From: Spirochaetaceae bacterium
GTDB lineage: Bacteria; Spirochaetota; Spirochaetia; Treponematales; Breznakiellaceae
Length of the DNA stretch: 64,000 nt
Assembly: GCA_031283025.1 (NCBI GenBank)
Contig: JAITCP010000157.1
Coordinates: 3,175-67,174 of the forward strand
Reading direction: 5' to 3'
The notes under the pieces were generated by a model, which saw only the letters and a program-made list of their open reading frames with translations, searched no databases and was not told the DNA's origin. Below are positions 62,521-64,000 of this stretch, piece after piece (position 1 is the first letter of the stretch; every line of letters begins with the position of its first letter). A program made the position numbers and the translations under genes.

Positions 62521-62784
62521 TTAATATCTAACAAAGATAAGGATTTATTTTACAGGTTATTTGGAGGGAGTGTCAACTGTCCGCATTGCCTCATGGTCGC
62601 CGTTCAATTAAAATTTCGGAAGAGAGGAGGCGCATCATCATGCTTTTGACCGATTTCCCCATAAAGTATATACTAGGGAAGGAAGATATTGCCGCCTTTT
62701 CCAGGCGTGGATTGAAACATAATTTCAAGTATATGGGAAGTTTTTTGTTGAGGAATAATTCTTCAAAATTTTATGGAATTCCCC

Positions 62785-62813
62785 TTGACAAAAGCTTTAT
62801 TATCATATATATT
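62785..62813 (+). promoter_or_regulatory. Sigma70-like promoter upstream of cas3
   Basis: TTGACA (62785-90), 17-nt spacer aaagctttattatcata, TATATT (62808-13). About 40 nt upstream of the cas3 RBS, in an AT-rich spacer. Confidence 0.55.
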
Positions 62814-62855
62814 CATAATATCAAGTATATCATATTTTAGGAGGAAGGATAAATC

Positions 62856-64000
62856 ATGATTTTCAAAGCGCGTTATAAGACTAATTTTGATACTGATTAT
62901 CAAACATTAAAAGATCATTCAGAGGAATGCGGGATGTATGTAGAACTATTCGCAAAGAAAATTAGCCTTCCAAAACCTGCCCTTTTGTTGGCTCTTGTAC
63001 ATGATCTCGGAAAAAATTGTAGGCCTTGGGCTGAATACCTTGAAAACAGTCATAAGTCAGGTAATAAAAACGCTAAAGAAGACCACGGAACGGCAGGCGG
63101 TCAATATTTATATGAAAGTATAAAACAAAAATTCGGCGATTCAGGAGAATTAGTCGCCCAGCTTCTTGCCGCGTGTGTCATGTATCATCATGGAAGCGGA
63201 TTACCTGATGTTATTACACCCGATGGTACAGCACAATTACTTAAGCGGCTCGAAAAAAACAGAGACGAAACTCATGTTGATGAAGCAATTGAAAATCTCG
63301 ACGTATCAATTAAAAGAAGACTTGATAACATTCTGACTAATGAAAACTTTATTACAGAAACAAAGGATATACTGCTTACATTGACAAAATCTGAAATTAA
63401 AGATGCCCGTTCGTTTAATCTTGGGCTCGTTGCCCGTTTTTTGTCCAGTTGTCTCATTGACGGAGACAGGCGATCAAGCGCCTTGTTCGACAGGGGAATA
63501 CCGGTAAAAAAAGAAGAGGCTGTTAGAAAAACTGACTGGAAAACATTGCGTGAATGTCTTGAGGATAAACTTACGGAATTCCCATCTGAAGGAAAACTAA
63601 ACGAAATACGGCGTACAATCTCAACGCGATGCGCTGAATTCGCAGAACGGGAAGATGGTATATATACATTAAGCGCCGCAACAGGAGCAGGTAAAACCTT
63701 GGCTTCATTACGTTATGCTCTTGTCCATGCCGAATTAACAGGAAAGGATCATGTTTTTATCATCGCTCCCTATACTTCGATTCTTGACCAGAACGCGGAT
63801 ATTATTCGTGGTATTCTTGATCCGAAAGGTAAAAATGGTGAAACTGTATTGGAACAACATTCAAATCTTGAACATGGCGAAAAAACAGAACATTTTATTG
63901 AGTCATCAGAAACATGGAATGTGCCGATTATTATTACAACAATGGTTCAGTTTTTGGAAGCGCTCTTTGGCTTTGGTACCCGTAAAATCCGGCGTATGCA
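62856..64000 (+). CDS. cas3: CRISPR-associated nuclease/helicase Cas3 (HD domain plus start of helicase core); 3' end beyond window
   Basis: Absent from ORF track (no stop). Own translation from ATG 62856 (GGAGGAAGG upstream): MIFKARYKTNFDTDYQTLKDHSEECGMYVELFAKK..LALVHDLGKNCRPW..EDHGTAGGQYL..CVMYHHGSGLPDV (HD motifs) ...IYTLSAATGAGKTLASLRYAL (Walker A) ..IIAPYTSILDQN..IIITTMVQF. Confidence 0.85.
   Translation, partial: MIFKARYKTNFDTDYQTLKDHSEECGMYVELFAKKISLPKPALLLALVHDLGKNCRPWAEYLENSHKSGNKNAKEDHGTAGGQYLYESIKQKFGDSGELVAQLLAACVMYHHGSGLPDVITPDGTAQLLKRLEKNRDETHVDEAIENLDVSIKRRLDNILTNENFITETKDILLTLTKSEIKDARSFNLGLVARFLSSCLIDGDRRSSALFDRGIPVKKEEAVRKTDWKTLRECLEDKLTEFPSEGKLNEIRRTISTRCAEFAEREDGIYTLSAATGAGKTLASLRYALVHAELTGKDHVFIIAPYTSILDQNADIIRGILDPKGKNGETVLEQHSNLEHGEKTEHFIESSETWNVPIIITTMVQFLEALFGFGTRKIRRM

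Noticed and set aside
62586-62840. 84-aa ORF upstream of cas3
   Set aside because: It is an AT-rich spacer with an Ile/Lys/Phe-rich translation, it contains the predicted cas3 promoter, and it has no RBS.

Overview
This 64-kb window looks like chromosome from a Treponema-type spirochete. That is an inference from three things: a flbB-fliK-flgD-flgE-flbD-motA-motB periplasmic-flagella block, many Cys-lipobox signal peptides, and an Rpn/PD-(D/E)XK 'putative transposase' of the type first named in T. denticola.

Gene content, left to right:
- 1-7.3 kb: a minus-strand run of small secreted, TPR, zinc-ribbon and lipoprotein genes of unknown function. It includes a ~380-bp segmental duplication.
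- 7.1-8.3 kb: two XRE-family HTH regulators.
- 8.3-12.5 kb: housekeeping genes (LysM-M23 peptidase, bifunctional nuclease, polyprenyl synthase, rlmE, META-domain protein).
- 12.6-13.6 kb: an Rpn-family nuclease.
- 13.9-37.8 kb: a large plus-strand surface-lipoprotein glycan (glucuronoxylan-type) locus. It carries two GH30 enzymes, a CE15 glucuronoyl esterase, CBM/Ig/cadherin-like multidomain lipoproteins, two paralogous putative outer-membrane beta-barrels and an AraC regulator.
- 25.2-28.1 kb: this locus is split by a clearly AT-rich four-gene island of unknown function. This is my best candidate for an undescribed accessory system.
- 37.9-42.4 kb: a GldA/F/G-like ABC module plus a DUF4340 protein.
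- 42.4-47.6 kb: a membrane protein with acidic hexapeptide repeats and a degenerate GGDEF-like domain, a Memo-like protein, pgi and a small outer-membrane protein.
- 47.8-58.8 kb: the flagellar block, with non-canonical neighbours on both sides.
- 58.8-62.5 kb: rdgB, a GH20 hexosaminidase and gdhA.
- 62.9 kb to the window end: the 5' part of a cas3 gene.

A family of AU-rich palindromic hairpin elements (AAAAC-loop-GTTTT core with co-varying stems) marks many intergenic regions. It even builds the 5' end of one outer-membrane protein gene.

I recognised no rRNA, tRNA or CRISPR array. All family assignments come from motifs read by eye; no searches were run.
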